A stretch of 64,000 nucleotides of DNA from an uncultured delta proteobacterium (GTDB taxonomy: Bacteria > Desulfobacterota > Binatia > UBA9968), in the NCBI GenBank assembly GCA_963745035.1, contig CAVUVW010000013.1, forward strand, positions 480,001 to 544,000. The letters are read 5' to 3'. The notes below the pieces were generated by a model. It was not told the DNA's origin, searched no databases, and saw nothing but the letters and a program-made list of their open reading frames with translations. Position 1 is the stretch's first letter. Each line of letters begins with the position of its first letter. This document shows positions 1-10,459 of the stretch, in pieces. A program made the translations under genes and the position numbers.

Positions 1-18
1 TTCTCGCCTCCGGCCCTT

Positions 19-804
19 TTATGTAACGATCGCAATTTTAACTTTATCGCCGATTTTGAGGCCCGTGCGGCGCTCTGCGCTCGCGCCCGGCGCGGCGATT
101 TCCAGCAGGCCCCAACTGTTTGTAATGCCGACAAGATCGCCCGCGCCGGCCGCAGCGTAATGGGGTGCTATCTCGACAACGCGAACGCCGCCGCCGATGA
201 CAATTTCGAGGCGCGCATCGGCCAGTCCCGTCAAATCACGCTCTTCGATATTTGTAAACAGATTGCCAAAGCGGTCGATGTAAATGATTTCGCCGTTGAT
301 CTCTCTCGACCCGCGCACCGCTTTGGGAAGCGCCAATCGATGGAATGTCGCCAATCTTTCGCCGAACGCGCTCGGCGAGACGCCGCGCGAGAGATGGGCG
401 GCGGCCGGAGCAAAAATATCCCGGCCGTGAAACGTCGCGCTCGCGGGTTGCAACTGGTAGGCGGGATTGGAAAGTCGGGTGATGCGCGCGGGATGTCGCT
501 CGTCGATCGCCAAACTGAGTACGCCGTTGTCCGGGCCGATGAAGTAATTGCCGCCACATTCGATTAACAGCGGCAGCCGCGCGCTGCCGACCCCGGGGTC
601 GATCACCGCAACGTGAATGGTTCCGGCCGGGAAATAAGCGATCGAATGGCGCAGGGTCAGCGCCCCTGCCAAGATATCTTGGGCGGGAATGCCGTGGGTC
701 AGATCGACCACCCGGACTTGCGCGTCGATGCTTGCGATGACGCCTTTCATGACGCCGACAAAGGCGTCTTGCAGGCCGAAGTCTGTGGTCAAAGTGATGA
801 TCAT
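19..804 (-). CDS. SAM-dependent chlorinase/fluorinase family protein (DUF62-type SAM hydroxide adenosyltransferase)
   Basis: N-terminal IITLTTDFG, VIDPGVGS, GPDNG, TFHGRDIFAP and IDRFGN motifs; start moved to MIITL. Confidence 0.9.
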   Translation of the reverse strand: MIITLTTDFGLQDAFVGVMKGVIASIDAQVRVVDLTHGIPAQDILAGALTLRHSIAYFPAGTIHVAVIDPGVGSARLPLLIECGGNYFIGPDNGVLSLAIDERHPARITRLSNPAYQLQPASATFHGRDIFAPAAAHLSRGVSPSAFGERLATFHRLALPKAVRGSREINGEIIYIDRFGNLFTNIEERDLTGLADARLEIVIGGGVRVVEIAPHYAAAGAGDLVGITNSWGLLEIAAPGASAERRTGLKIGDKVKIAIVT

Positions 805-1007
805 GAATAGCTTTGCTGCCAATCTAAGCAAAAACCCCCGAAGACCGCAAAGCGAGCGCGCGACCTACAACTTTGACATCGACGTAGCTGGGCGAACGAT
901 CAAATACTCAATTTTTACGAAGTATTTCGTTCGTAGTGAGCACCGGTGGTTGCTACCGCGTAAACTGGCGGCGGCATAATGGCCTGCGTCCATACAACTT
1001 CGGGAAT

Positions 1008-1775
1008 TTAACCGCCGCGCGCTTGTTGGGCGACCGCTACAGCGTCTGCGAGATGGGCCGGGTTGATCGTGCCGACGATCAGCGCGTCGATGAATTCCTG
1101 GCGCAGGACGTATTCAACGGCTGCGCGCGCTTCAAGGTGGCCGCTAAAGAGTCCTTTGATCGCCAGGACGCCAAGGCCGCGATCGTGCGCCGCGGCAAGC
1201 GCGGTGGCCAGCGCCGGTTCCTTTTGGCTGAAGGGCGCCATCACCACGTCGAGCGTGCGCGCCGCCTCGCGTATGCCGCTTGCCGTCTTCGCGGAGATTC
1301 CCGCTGCGCGGATCTTGCCGGCTTGCTTGAGTCGGGAGAGCGCTTCCAGCGTGTCGGTGTGCGTAAGTATCTCAACGTCTTTGCCGTCTGAGTGCAGCAA
1401 CAGCACGTCGATATGATCGGTGCGCAATCGGCGCAGGCTCTGCTCTACGCTGGCGCTTATCGCCGGGGCGGAGAAATCATAGCTCGAGCGGCCGTCTACG
1501 TACCGTTCGCCGCACTTGGTGCAGAGGACGATCTGGTCTCGATGATGTTCGATAAAGCCGCCGAGCCGCCGCTCGCTATCGCCGTAGGCGGGCGCGGTGT
1601 CGATGATATTGACTCCCAGCTTGGCGGCGGATTCGAGCAGCGCGGCGATTTGTTCGTCCGAGGGCAGGGCAAAACTTTCCGGGTACTTGACGTCAGTGTT
1701 GCGGCCGAGCTTGGTGGTGCCGAGGCCGATGGGACTTACGGCAAGGCCGCTCCGGCCTAATTGACGGCGAACCAT
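1008..1775 (-). CDS. aldo/keto reductase
   Basis: LG.SGL.VS.IGLGT, IDTAPAYG.SE, TKCG and SL.RL.TD.ID..LLH motifs; ATG at 1775 overlaps the upstream gene. Confidence 0.9.
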   Translation of the reverse strand: MVRRQLGRSGLAVSPIGLGTTKLGRNTDVKYPESFALPSDEQIAALLESAAKLGVNIIDTAPAYGDSERRLGGFIEHHRDQIVLCTKCGERYVDGRSSYDFSAPAISASVEQSLRRLRTDHIDVLLLHSDGKDVEILTHTDTLEALSRLKQAGKIRAAGISAKTASGIREAARTLDVVMAPFSQKEPALATALAAAHDRGLGVLAIKGLFSGHLEARAAVEYVLRQEFIDALIVGTINPAHLADAVAVAQQARGG

Positions 1776-2926
1776 TCGGCTTCCTCCCAGGGATAGCGCG
1801 CCACAGCGGGCGCCGGCCACGACGGAATTTCATCATGACCGTCCGGTGCTTTGAGTTCGACTTGCACGAGCTCGAGAACTTCATCGGCCAGGACCGGCGC
1901 CATGGAGAGTTTGGTGGGCCAGCCAACGATGATGCCCGGCGCGACTTGGCTGGCATGGACGCCGCTCGGCCGCCGCAGCGCGGTTGTGCGTGCTTCGGCT
2001 CTGACCGCGCGATCAATCGCGATCTTGACGTGCCTGAGCTCGATACCCGGCAGCCAACGGCGGATTTCGCCGAGCGCGGCGCGCCGCGCTGCCGCCGAAT
2101 CATTTTCATCGGCGAGCCGCTCGGCGATTTCGCCGCCGACTTGCCAGACACCCGGCGCCGGTGTGGTGACGGTGAGGCCGGTCTTGCCGCCGACCACGCA
2201 GTGGCCGAACAGAGGCGGCAAGTCGCCGCGCAAGAGCACCATGCCGAGCGGTCGGCGCTGCATGATTTCCGGCTCGATCCCGACTCGGACCAGGAGATCC
2301 GCATTTCCTGCGCCGGCGGCGAATATCATGGAGCGCGGTTGCAGCAATGAATCGCCGACGCGCGCGCCATCGGCGGTGAATTGCAGGGAATGGTGATCGT
2401 ATCTGAAAATGAAATCGTGGTATTGCGCGGCGAAGGCCGCCAGAAACGAGCCGGTGGCGATGACCGGTTCGGCGAGCGCATAGACCGCCAGCGCGGAATC
2501 GCGCAGCGCCGCGGGCCATTCGCTTTTCGGCACGGTTTCGGGGCGCGTCGCCAGCAGGCCCGCCTTGGCGATCAGGCTCATCACGCCTAAAGATTGCAGG
2601 CGCGCGAGCGCGGAGCCGCGCGGCAGCCAAAGGTGACAGTGCTGGGAAAGGATTCGCGTGGCCGAGAGATTCGGCTCGAGCTCACCGGCGATGCAGCGGC
2701 GCCAGCGCTCGGGCATTCGGCTCGTCGCTTCGACGGCGGCGAAATCGCGCACGCCGCGTAGCGCATATTTGCCGCCGCCGTGAATGATGCCCTGCGCCCG
2801 GATCGTCTGGCCGCTGCCGAGCGCTTGCGATTCAAGCAGGACCGCGTGGTAGCCGGCGCGGCGCAAGCGGTCGAGACACCAAAGTCCGGCGGCCCCGCCG
2901 CCGAACACGAGCACGTCTAGGCGCAT
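1757..2926 (-). CDS. FAD-dependent oxidoreductase
   Basis: N-terminal DVLVFGGGAAG Rossmann motif, GQTIRAQGIIHGGGKY, C-terminal WPTKL. Confidence 0.85.
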   Translation of the reverse strand: MRLDVLVFGGGAAGLWCLDRLRRAGYHAVLLESQALGSGQTIRAQGIIHGGGKYALRGVRDFAAVEATSRMPERWRRCIAGELEPNLSATRILSQHCHLWLPRGSALARLQSLGVMSLIAKAGLLATRPETVPKSEWPAALRDSALAVYALAEPVIATGSFLAAFAAQYHDFIFRYDHHSLQFTADGARVGDSLLQPRSMIFAAGAGNADLLVRVGIEPEIMQRRPLGMVLLRGDLPPLFGHCVVGGKTGLTVTTPAPGVWQVGGEIAERLADENDSAAARRAALGEIRRWLPGIELRHVKIAIDRAVRAEARTTALRRPSGVHASQVAPGIIVGWPTKLSMAPVLADEVLELVQVELKAPDGHDEIPSWPAPAVARYPWEEAEWFAVN

Positions 2927-2977
2927 GGCGGTTTTTCTCGGTTGCCGCTCTTGAGATTTTTTCCAACCACGCTCGGC

Positions 2978-3568
2978 TCAAGGGCGCGGCGGAGGATGCG
3001 GAAAGAGCTGCTGATCGACAATCTCGCAGATGACGTGGCCGACGAGAATATGAGTCTCTTGTATGCGGGGGCTGTTTTTCCCTTCCGAGACGCACAAGAG
3101 ATAATCCACCTGACCGGCCATCTTGCCGCCGCTGCCGCCGGTCAAGCCGATGGTCTTGATCTTCAATTGCTTACAGACTTCCAGCGCGGCGAGCACGTTG
3201 GGCGAGTTGCCGCTGGTGGAAATCGCCAGCACGATGTCGCCGGCTTTTCCCAGCGCCTTCACCTGCTTGGCGAAAACTTGCGTGTAGTCGTAATCGTTGG
3301 CGATGGCCGTCAGCGCCGAGCTGTCGGTGGTGAGCGCGATGGCCGGCAGCGGTTCGCGCTCGATCAGAAAGCGATTGGTGAACTCCGCGGCGATATGCTG
3401 GGCATCGGCGGCGCTGCCGCCGTTGCCGAAAACCAGCAGCTTGTTGCCGCTCCTGAACGCGGCGGCAACGGCGTCGATGGTCTGGGTGAGCGCGTGCAGA
3501 TTGTCCCGCAGGAACGCCTGCTTGACCCGAACGCTCTCGTCGAATGCTTGTGCAATCGCTTCCTTCAT
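2978..3568 (-). CDS. gmhA: D-sedoheptulose 7-phosphate isomerase
   Basis: GNGGSAADAQHIAAEF, ISTSGNS and RIQETH motifs. Confidence 0.95.
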   Translation of the reverse strand: MKEAIAQAFDESVRVKQAFLRDNLHALTQTIDAVAAAFRSGNKLLVFGNGGSAADAQHIAAEFTNRFLIEREPLPAIALTTDSSALTAIANDYDYTQVFAKQVKALGKAGDIVLAISTSGNSPNVLAALEVCKQLKIKTIGLTGGSGGKMAGQVDYLLCVSEGKNSPRIQETHILVGHVICEIVDQQLFPHPPPRP

Positions 3569-3618
3569 AACACTTCTGCGCGCAAGTTTTTTTACCACAA
3601 GCGCCGAGAGGGGTAAAG

Positions 3619-3879
3619 CTAAGCGCGATAGAACTCGCCGACTGCGCCGACCACGGTCTCCTGCTGTTTGCGCGTCAGTTCAGGATAGAGCGGCAAAGCC
3701 AAAACCTCGCCGGCCGCGCGCTCGGCGTGAGGAAAGTCGCCTCGTTTGTAGCCGAGCTCGGCAAAGCATTTTTGCAGGTGCAGCGGCAGCGGATAGTAGA
3801 TCTCGGTTTGGATTTCCCGCTCGGCGAGAAATTCCTTGAGCTCGTCCCGGCGCTCGGCGCCGATCGGAATCTTGAACAT
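3619..3879 (-). pseudogene. C-terminal fragment of a DegT/DnrJ/EryC1/StrS aminotransferase
   Basis: RDEL..FL....I....YYPLPLHLQ...GY..GDFP.AE.A..EVLALPLYPEL is the DegT C-terminus; only ~86 aa, with no PLP-binding domain before the neighbouring gene. Confidence 0.7.
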
Positions 3880-3886
3880 CGCGGAA

Positions 3887-5290
3887 TTAGACGCTGGTCT
3901 TGACCGCCGGCGAGTGGCCGCGAAGGGCGTTTTCGGCGACTTCGGCGAGGATCGGATCATGGTCGTGATCGAGGGAAAAAACCCGGAACTGGACGACCTT
4001 GGACGGAATATACTCGAACAGCTCGGCGAGGGTTTCCTTGGTGATCTCGCCGCTGGAGGGATCGAAAATATGGATTTGCTTTTTGCCCATCGAGAAAGGA
4101 TTCTCCGGGCGCGGATCCTGAGTGGCCATGTCGACGCGAAAGATGATGTCGCGCGACGCCGCCGGGAGCGCCGAGCGGATGCGCTTTTCCCAGTCGGTGT
4201 CCTGAATCAGCGCGACGCCGTAGCTGAGCTCATTTAACGACAAGGTGCGATCGTACGCCATTTTCCATTTGACCTCGCGATGAAGCACGCTCTCCCATTC
4301 CTTGCCCAACCCTTGCAGATCGCCCTTTTGCCGGCGCCAGCGCGACACCTCTTCGAGCAGGGACCAGTCGGTGAGGTAGAGATAGTCGTCCATGTGCTCC
4401 AGCGGATTGCCCGGAAACAGTACCTTCATCGTCTCTGGAAAGATCTCGCGCAGGTGCAGATCGATGGCGCGGGTCGTGCGGTGATAATACACGTTAGTGT
4501 AAAGGTACAAGCGCGCGTTGAGAAAAGTCGTGAGTGCGCCGTTGCCGGCTTTGTGCACGGTCAATCCCTTGGGCGTGAAGAACGTGTAGTGAATCAGCCG
4601 CTCGCGATCGATGGGCCCGGGATGAACGCCGCACATGTAGGAGTCTCGCGAGACGTAGTCGAGGTTGTCGAAAGTAAAAATTCCGCCGGTCAGCGGTTGC
4701 AGAAAACGCACCCACCGGGGTTTCCGCTGGTCTTCCTTGCCGTTTTTCTTGATCGGAAAGGCCACGTCTTCGGGCTTCAGCTCTTCGCCGGGAGCGAAAG
4801 CGCCGCTCGGGCTGCGGCGCAGCTCGCGAATGATATCGCCCAGGTGTTTCTGGATGATCGTTTGGCCGAGATCTTCGTGGGTGAGATCGTAATGGATCAA
4901 AAAATTATCGTCGAAGAAATGGCCGAACGGGCCGTGGCCGATGTCATGCAGCAGGCCGGTGACCCGCATGTATTCCTCGATGAACGGCGCCGAGGGACAC
5001 TCGTCGCCGAGAACTTTGCGTAGAGACGGATAGAGATGCTTGGCGAATTCGCCGGCGAGGTGCATGGCGCCGAGCGAGTGTTGAAAGCGGCTGTGCTCGG
5101 CGGACGGGTAGACCCAGCGGGCGCTTTGCAGCTGATAGATGTAGCGCAGCCGCTGCACCCAGGGAGAATCGATCAGCGCCTTCTCCGTGATCTCGCCTTT
5201 GCGCAGCGGCACGGTAAATTGAATATAGCGATGGATCGGGTCGGCGATCAGCGCCGTGCCGTCGTATTCATTGTCGCCAGGTTGAGTCAT
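3887..5290 (-). CDS. HD-domain phosphohydrolase (SAMHD1/YdhJ-like)
   Basis: DPIH, QRLR.I.QL, HSRFQHSLG, LLHDIGHGPFGH, DNLDY..RD and VYYH motifs. Confidence 0.9.
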   Translation of the reverse strand: MTQPGDNEYDGTALIADPIHRYIQFTVPLRKGEITEKALIDSPWVQRLRYIYQLQSARWVYPSAEHSRFQHSLGAMHLAGEFAKHLYPSLRKVLGDECPSAPFIEEYMRVTGLLHDIGHGPFGHFFDDNFLIHYDLTHEDLGQTIIQKHLGDIIRELRRSPSGAFAPGEELKPEDVAFPIKKNGKEDQRKPRWVRFLQPLTGGIFTFDNLDYVSRDSYMCGVHPGPIDRERLIHYTFFTPKGLTVHKAGNGALTTFLNARLYLYTNVYYHRTTRAIDLHLREIFPETMKVLFPGNPLEHMDDYLYLTDWSLLEEVSRWRRQKGDLQGLGKEWESVLHREVKWKMAYDRTLSLNELSYGVALIQDTDWEKRIRSALPAASRDIIFRVDMATQDPRPENPFSMGKKQIHIFDPSSGEITKETLAELFEYIPSKVVQFRVFSLDHDHDPILAEVAENALRGHSPAVKTSV

Positions 5291-5333
5291 GTGCTCGGCC
5301 GTCGAAAGTTATTGCCCGCAGAAATCGCCGGCT

Positions 5334-5762
5334 TCACAATTCGAAGATCAGATGCGCGGTCCATTGATTGCCGGTTTTTTCCATACGGCTTTTGTGAAAC
5401 GCCACGGCCGCGATTTCCTGCTGAATCTCATGGCGGTCTGGATCGATTTTTTCGCCCGCGACTTCGGCTTTGACAACCGTATCCTTCACTTCGCGAATCG
5501 AAAACTCCCGTAACAGATAGCCGCTTCCCTGGTAAAGATAGAGCAGCTCGCGCACCCAATTGACCATCAGATCGTCGCGGTCGGTCCCTTCCACCTCCAG
5601 CGGCAGGCGTTCTTTGCCTTCGATCTTTTCCATGTCCGTCACCATGACATCGAAAAGCGCCACGGCCGAGTTGGTAAACAGATCGGCTTGGGAGTCGCCG
5701 GTGACGCGGACGGCAAGCTCGGACTGGTGTTTGGTTACGCGATATTTCTTTGGCTTCTCCAT
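5334..5762 (-). CDS. archease
   Basis: 142 aa; Y....H.SE..V.V.G, LF.N.A.ALFD, L..W..ELLY, GE.ID..RH....EI.AV.FH, C-terminal IFEL. Confidence 0.85.
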   Translation of the reverse strand: MEKPKKYRVTKHQSELAVRVTGDSQADLFTNSAVALFDVMVTDMEKIEGKERLPLEVEGTDRDDLMVNWVRELLYLYQGSGYLLREFSIREVKDTVVKAEVAGEKIDPDRHEIQQEIAAVAFHKSRMEKTGNQWTAHLIFEL

Positions 5763-6025
5763 GGTTGATCGACCTTCAAATAATTACGATGTACGATGAG
5801 CAGCGCGCCCCAAAAGTACGGCGCCAGCCAGCGGAATTGTGGTCCAACCGTCGGCGGTTCTGCGAGCGCGCATGCGGTTCATCTGCAACTATCGGGTTTA
5901 TTTTACAATCGGCTGGCGGTTCATCTGGTCGAGCTGCAAAATCTGCGGGCGGCGACGGCTTCGCTACTCTGGACTTCAACGGGCTAACGGTACTGCCTCA
6001 GAGATCGATAGCGCATGATGTATAT

Positions 6026-6769
6026 TTATACCCGGTTTATAAGGCTCGCCGCAAACCCCGCGCCAAAGCCGTTGTCGATATTCACCACAGTCACGCCGGC
6101 GGCGCAGGAATTGAGCATGCCGAGCAGAGCGGCGAGTCCCTGAAAGCTTGCGCCATAGCCGATGCTGGTGGGTACGGCGATGACCGGTTTCGAGACGAGC
6201 CCGCCGACCACGCTCGGCAGGGCTCCTTCCATTCCCGCAACGACGATTACGACCGCCGCGGCATCCAGTTTGAGCCGGTTGTCCAGCAGCCGGTGTATCC
6301 CTGCCACGCCGACATCGTAAAGCCGCTCCACGCGATTGCCCATCATGGTTGCGGTAACCACCGCTTCTTCGGCGACTGGAATATCCGAAGTGCCGGCGCA
6401 CACGACCAAGATCGAACCCTTGCCCGTGATCTTAATCGGTCTTGTCGACCATGTAGCGGCCCGCGCCCGCCGATGAAACCGCAGGCCGCTCCGGCGCAAG
6501 CGTGTCATCTTCTTGGGATCGAGACGGGTGATAAGAATATTCACTTTGCGCCGGCGCATCGCGCGCACGACCGCCGCGATATCGGCGGCCTCTTTGCCCT
6601 CGCCCATGATCACTTCGGGAAAACCCTGCCGCAGCGCCCGGTGATGATCGATTTTCGCAAACCCGAGGTCTTCAAACGGCAAATGGCGCAGCCGCTCGGC
6701 CGCCTGCAGAACCTTCATCTCCCCTCGGCTCACCTTTTCCAGCAGTTTCAATAAGCTTTCGGAGTCCAT
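6026..6769 (-). CDS. larB: nickel pincer cofactor biosynthesis protein LarB
   Basis: [54 protein letters not shown]. Confidence 0.92.
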   Translation of the reverse strand: MDSESLLKLLEKVSRGEMKVLQAAERLRHLPFEDLGFAKIDHHRALRQGFPEVIMGEGKEAADIAAVVRAMRRRKVNILITRLDPKKMTRLRRSGLRFHRRARAATWSTRPIKITGKGSILVVCAGTSDIPVAEEAVVTATMMGNRVERLYDVGVAGIHRLLDNRLKLDAAAVVIVVAGMEGALPSVVGGLVSKPVIAVPTSIGYGASFQGLAALLGMLNSCAAGVTVVNIDNGFGAGFAASLINRV

Positions 6770-6817
6770 CGATTAGGCTGGCGCGCTGGAATATAGAATT
6801 TCCGCCGCCCTCCCCCG

Positions 6818-7807
6818 TTATTTTTCTTGGAAATGATCATGGCCCTGCAGGCCGAGCATCGTCGTTTGTCCGAACCGGTCGCGCACGACGACTTCACGAC
6901 CGGCGACACACCGGCCGATCCGGGTGATCGGCAACCGCGCTCGGCGCGACAACTTTTCTATGCGCGCACGGCTGGCGCGCCGCGCGCAGAACAACAGCTC
7001 GTAATCCTCGCCGCCGCTCAACGCGTGGCTGGCGCCGTCTTTGCCGGCGAGCGCGCGATAGGCGCGCGAAAGCGGCAGATCATCGCGGAGAATTACCGCG
7101 CCCGTACCGCTGGCCCGGCAAATATGCCCAACGTCTTGCAGCAGCCCGTCGCTTACGTCGATCATGGCGGTGGCGAGATGCGCTTTTCCGATCAAAACGC
7201 CGGCAGCGATTCTTGGAGTCGGACGTCGATGGCGCGAAAGCAAATGAGCGGCGGTTTTTTTCCTGACGACGCTCCCGCCGCGCCGCAACAATTTTAATCC
7301 GAGCGCCGAATCGCCCAGAGTGCCGGTGACGTAGATGTCGTCGCCGGCCGCGGCGCCGGCGCGACGGATCGGACGGCGCGGCGGATGGCCGATCACACAA
7401 ACCGAGATCGTCAAGAGCTTAGCCACGCTCAAGTCGCCACCGACCACGGCTACTCCGCTGGGCCGCGCGAGCGCGTGAATACCGCGATAAAAGTCGTCGA
7501 TCTTGCCGCTGTCGAAATGCGCCGGAAGGCCAAGGGACACGACCGCATAGGCGGGCACGCCGCCCATCGCTGCGATATCGCTCAAGTTGACCGCCAACGA
7601 CTTGAATCCCAGATCGACGAGCGATGTCCACTTCAAATCGAAGTGCACGCCCTCGATCAACAGGTCGGCGCTGACCAGCGACGAGCGCGATGGGTTCTCC
7701 ACCCAGGCCGCGTCGTCGCCGATGCCGATGAGCACTCCGCGGCCGGCGGGCAAGCCACGGCGAAGCCGTTCAATCAGGCCGAACTCTCCGAGGCGGCTTA
7801 GCTTCAT
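6818..7807 (-). CDS. thiL: thiamine-monophosphate kinase
   Basis: EFGLI, GIGDDAA, EGVHF, NLSDIAAMG, DVSDGL, GGEDYELLF. Confidence 0.95.
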   Translation of the reverse strand: MKLSRLGEFGLIERLRRGLPAGRGVLIGIGDDAAWVENPSRSSLVSADLLIEGVHFDLKWTSLVDLGFKSLAVNLSDIAAMGGVPAYAVVSLGLPAHFDSGKIDDFYRGIHALARPSGVAVVGGDLSVAKLLTISVCVIGHPPRRPIRRAGAAAGDDIYVTGTLGDSALGLKLLRRGGSVVRKKTAAHLLSRHRRPTPRIAAGVLIGKAHLATAMIDVSDGLLQDVGHICRASGTGAVILRDDLPLSRAYRALAGKDGASHALSGGEDYELLFCARRASRARIEKLSRRARLPITRIGRCVAGREVVVRDRFGQTTMLGLQGHDHFQEK

Positions 7808-7882
7808 GAGCGCAAGAGCGGAATCGTTGGGCGATATTCGCGCTAGGTTTCGAGCAGCGGAGCGCAGCGGAAAGCGTATCGT

Positions 7883-10369
7883 TTAGGGTCGAAGCGGGAG
7901 CGGGCGATCGCGGTGATTCTTGCGCTCTGGCCGATCCCCCTGCGGCTTGGCGACCATGGCACTTCGCTTCGACTCGGCCGAGCGCTGTTTTTGCGCGCCC
8001 GCGCGCCGGGGCAGCAGCGCGACGTTCAGCACGTCCGACATGGTCTTGGCGACCACCCAGTTAAGTTTTCGCAGCAATGGTTTGGGGATTTCTTCCAAGT
8101 CTTTCTCGTTGCGGTCCGGAATGACGATCGTTTTGATCCCGGCGCGAAACGCCGCCAGGGATTTTTCTTTGAGGCCGCCGATCGGCAGCACCCTGCCGCG
8201 CAACGTGATTTCGCCGGTCATCGCCACATCGCGGCTCACGGCCCGGCGGGTGAGCGCCGAGATCAGCGCGGTAGCCATCGTGATGCCGGCCGAGGGGCCG
8301 TCTTTGGGAATGGCGCCCGCGGGCACGTGAATATGAATGTCCAGTTTCTGGTAGAAATCCGCTTCGATGCCGAGGGTCTTGGCATGGGCGCGCGCGTAGC
8401 TGACCGCCGCTTGCGCGGATTCCTTCATCACCTCGCCGAGCTGTCCGGTAAGAGTGAGATTGCCGCGCCCGCGCGAGAGCGAAGCCTCGACGTAGAGAAT
8501 CTCCCCACCCGTGCTCGTCCAGGCGAGGCCGGTCGCCACGCCGATTTCATGCTGCTCTTGCTCGGCTTCGGGCAGGAATTTGGGCGGTCCGAGAAACGCA
8601 TGCACGTTGGCGCGCGTCACCCGCGTCAGCTCGCTCTTGCCTTCCGCTACTTTGCGCGCCACCTTGCGGCACACGGAGGCGAGTTCGCGCTCGAAGTTTC
8701 TGAGCCCGGCTTCTTTCGTATACTCGGCGATCACGCGCAACACGGCGTCGTCGGAGATCTCGAGCCGCTCGGCGGAGATGCCGTTGTCGCTCAGTTGGCG
8801 CGGGATCAGATACTTCCGGGCAATCGCCAACTTGTCTTCGTTGGTGTAGCCGGAAAGCTGAATGACTTCCATCCGGTCGGCCAAGGCGGGCGGAATCGGG
8901 TCGAGCAGGTTCGCCGTGCAGATAAACAGCACATTGGAAAGATCGAAGGGCAAATTCAAATAATGATCGCTGAACGCGTGGTTCTGTTCGGGGTCCAAAA
9001 CTTCCAGAAGCGCGGCTGACGGGTCGCCGCGGAAGTCGGCGCCGACTTTGTCGATCTCGTCGAGCATGAAAACCGGATTGTTCGAACCCGCTTGCTTGAT
9101 TCCCTGAATGATCCGGCCGGGCAGCGCTCCGACGTAGGTGCGCCGGTGTCCGCGGATTTCCGCTTCATCACGCACGCCGCCCAAGGAGATACGCACAAAG
9201 TTGCGCCCGAGCGATCGGGCAATGGATCTTCCCAGCGAAGTTTTCCCAACCCCGGGGGGACCGACGAAGCAGAGGATCGGGCCTTTGATTTTGCGGCGTA
9301 ATTTATTGACCGCGAGATATTCCAGAATCCGCTCTTTGATTTTTTCGAGGTTGTAATGATCCTCGTCGAGAACTTCTTTGGCTTTTTGGATATTCAGGTT
9401 GTCTTTGGTGCGCTTGTTCCAGGGCAGCTCGACCAGCCAATCGAGATAGGTGCGGACCAATGAGGCCTCGGAGGATTCCGGGTGCATCTGTTCGAGGCGG
9501 CGCAGTTGCTTTTCGGCCTCGGGCTTGACCTCGGCCGGCATCTTCGCCTTCTCAATCTGTTTTTTGAGCTCGTTGATCTCCTCGGCGCGCTCGTCGCCCT
9601 CGCCCAGCTCTTGTTGAATTTGTTTTAACTGCTCGCGCAAATAATAGTCGCGCTGGGTCTTGCTCATCTCCTCCTTGGCTTGGCTCTGAATGCGCGCCTG
9701 CATGGCCGACAGCTCAAGCTCGCGGGTGAGAAGCTCGTTGACTTTCTTTAGGCGCTCAATGGGATCGAAAACTTCGAGAATCGCCTGGCTCTCGTCGATT
9801 TTCAGTCTGAGGTTCGACGCCACCAGATCCGCTAGCACACCGGGATCGCTGATGTTGTCGGTGACCATGACGATCTCGGGCGGCAGATTTTTGAGGTTGA
9901 GAATCTGCTCGATCTTTTCCTTCGCCGTGCGCATCAACGCTTCGACTTCGATCGGCACCTCGGCCAACGTCGGCTCAACGACTTTGCGGATCTTGACTTC
10001 GAAGAACGGCCGTTCACGCAGGTAGGTGTCGACCTCGCCCTTGGCCAGCCCTTGAACCAGGATCTTGACCCGGCCGTCGGCCAGCTTGAGCATGCGCATG
10101 ATCGACGCGATCGTACCGACGCGATGAATGTCGGCCGGCACCGGGGTTTCCTCGGCGGAATTGACCTGCGAAACGAGGAAAATCAAACGATCCCGCGCCA
10201 GCGCTTCTTCGACGGCGCGGATCGAGACATCGCGGCCAACGAAGAGCGGCAACATCATGTAAGGATAAATGACGATGTCGCGGATCGGCAGGAGCGGAAG
10301 CACCTCGGGAATCTCGACCTGAGAATTCTTGCTCTCCGAGTTCTCCGCCTTCCAGTCAGTTTCGCTCAT
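7883..10369 (-). CDS. lon: ATP-dependent protease La
   Basis: LON N-domain, GPPGVGKT Walker A, HRRTYVGALPG, PKDGPSAG catalytic Ser. Confidence 0.97.
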   Translation of the reverse strand: MSETDWKAENSESKNSQVEIPEVLPLLPIRDIVIYPYMMLPLFVGRDVSIRAVEEALARDRLIFLVSQVNSAEETPVPADIHRVGTIASIMRMLKLADGRVKILVQGLAKGEVDTYLRERPFFEVKIRKVVEPTLAEVPIEVEALMRTAKEKIEQILNLKNLPPEIVMVTDNISDPGVLADLVASNLRLKIDESQAILEVFDPIERLKKVNELLTRELELSAMQARIQSQAKEEMSKTQRDYYLREQLKQIQQELGEGDERAEEINELKKQIEKAKMPAEVKPEAEKQLRRLEQMHPESSEASLVRTYLDWLVELPWNKRTKDNLNIQKAKEVLDEDHYNLEKIKERILEYLAVNKLRRKIKGPILCFVGPPGVGKTSLGRSIARSLGRNFVRISLGGVRDEAEIRGHRRTYVGALPGRIIQGIKQAGSNNPVFMLDEIDKVGADFRGDPSAALLEVLDPEQNHAFSDHYLNLPFDLSNVLFICTANLLDPIPPALADRMEVIQLSGYTNEDKLAIARKYLIPRQLSDNGISAERLEISDDAVLRVIAEYTKEAGLRNFERELASVCRKVARKVAEGKSELTRVTRANVHAFLGPPKFLPEAEQEQHEIGVATGLAWTSTGGEILYVEASLSRGRGNLTLTGQLGEVMKESAQAAVSYARAHAKTLGIEADFYQKLDIHIHVPAGAIPKDGPSAGITMATALISALTRRAVSRDVAMTGEITLRGRVLPIGGLKEKSLAAFRAGIKTIVIPDRNEKDLEEIPKPLLRKLNWVVAKTMSDVLNVALLPRRAGAQKQRSAESKRSAMVAKPQGDRPERKNHRDRPLPLRP

Positions 10370-10459
10370 GGGGTCAACTTACTCAGCCCGGTAACCCAGG
10401 TCAACTACAATCGCATGGGAACTCGGTTTTTTTGCGTCGCGGAAGGAGAAAAACGGAAT

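Noticed and set aside
19-804. True fluorinase/chlorinase
   Set aside because: The housekeeping context and motifs fit the widespread DUF62 SAM hydrolases; halogenase activity cannot be inferred
893-933. Hairpin CGAACG..AAATACT/AGTATTT.CGTTCG as an ncRNA or riboswitch
   Set aside because: Short imperfect palindrome with no recognisable family features or U-tract
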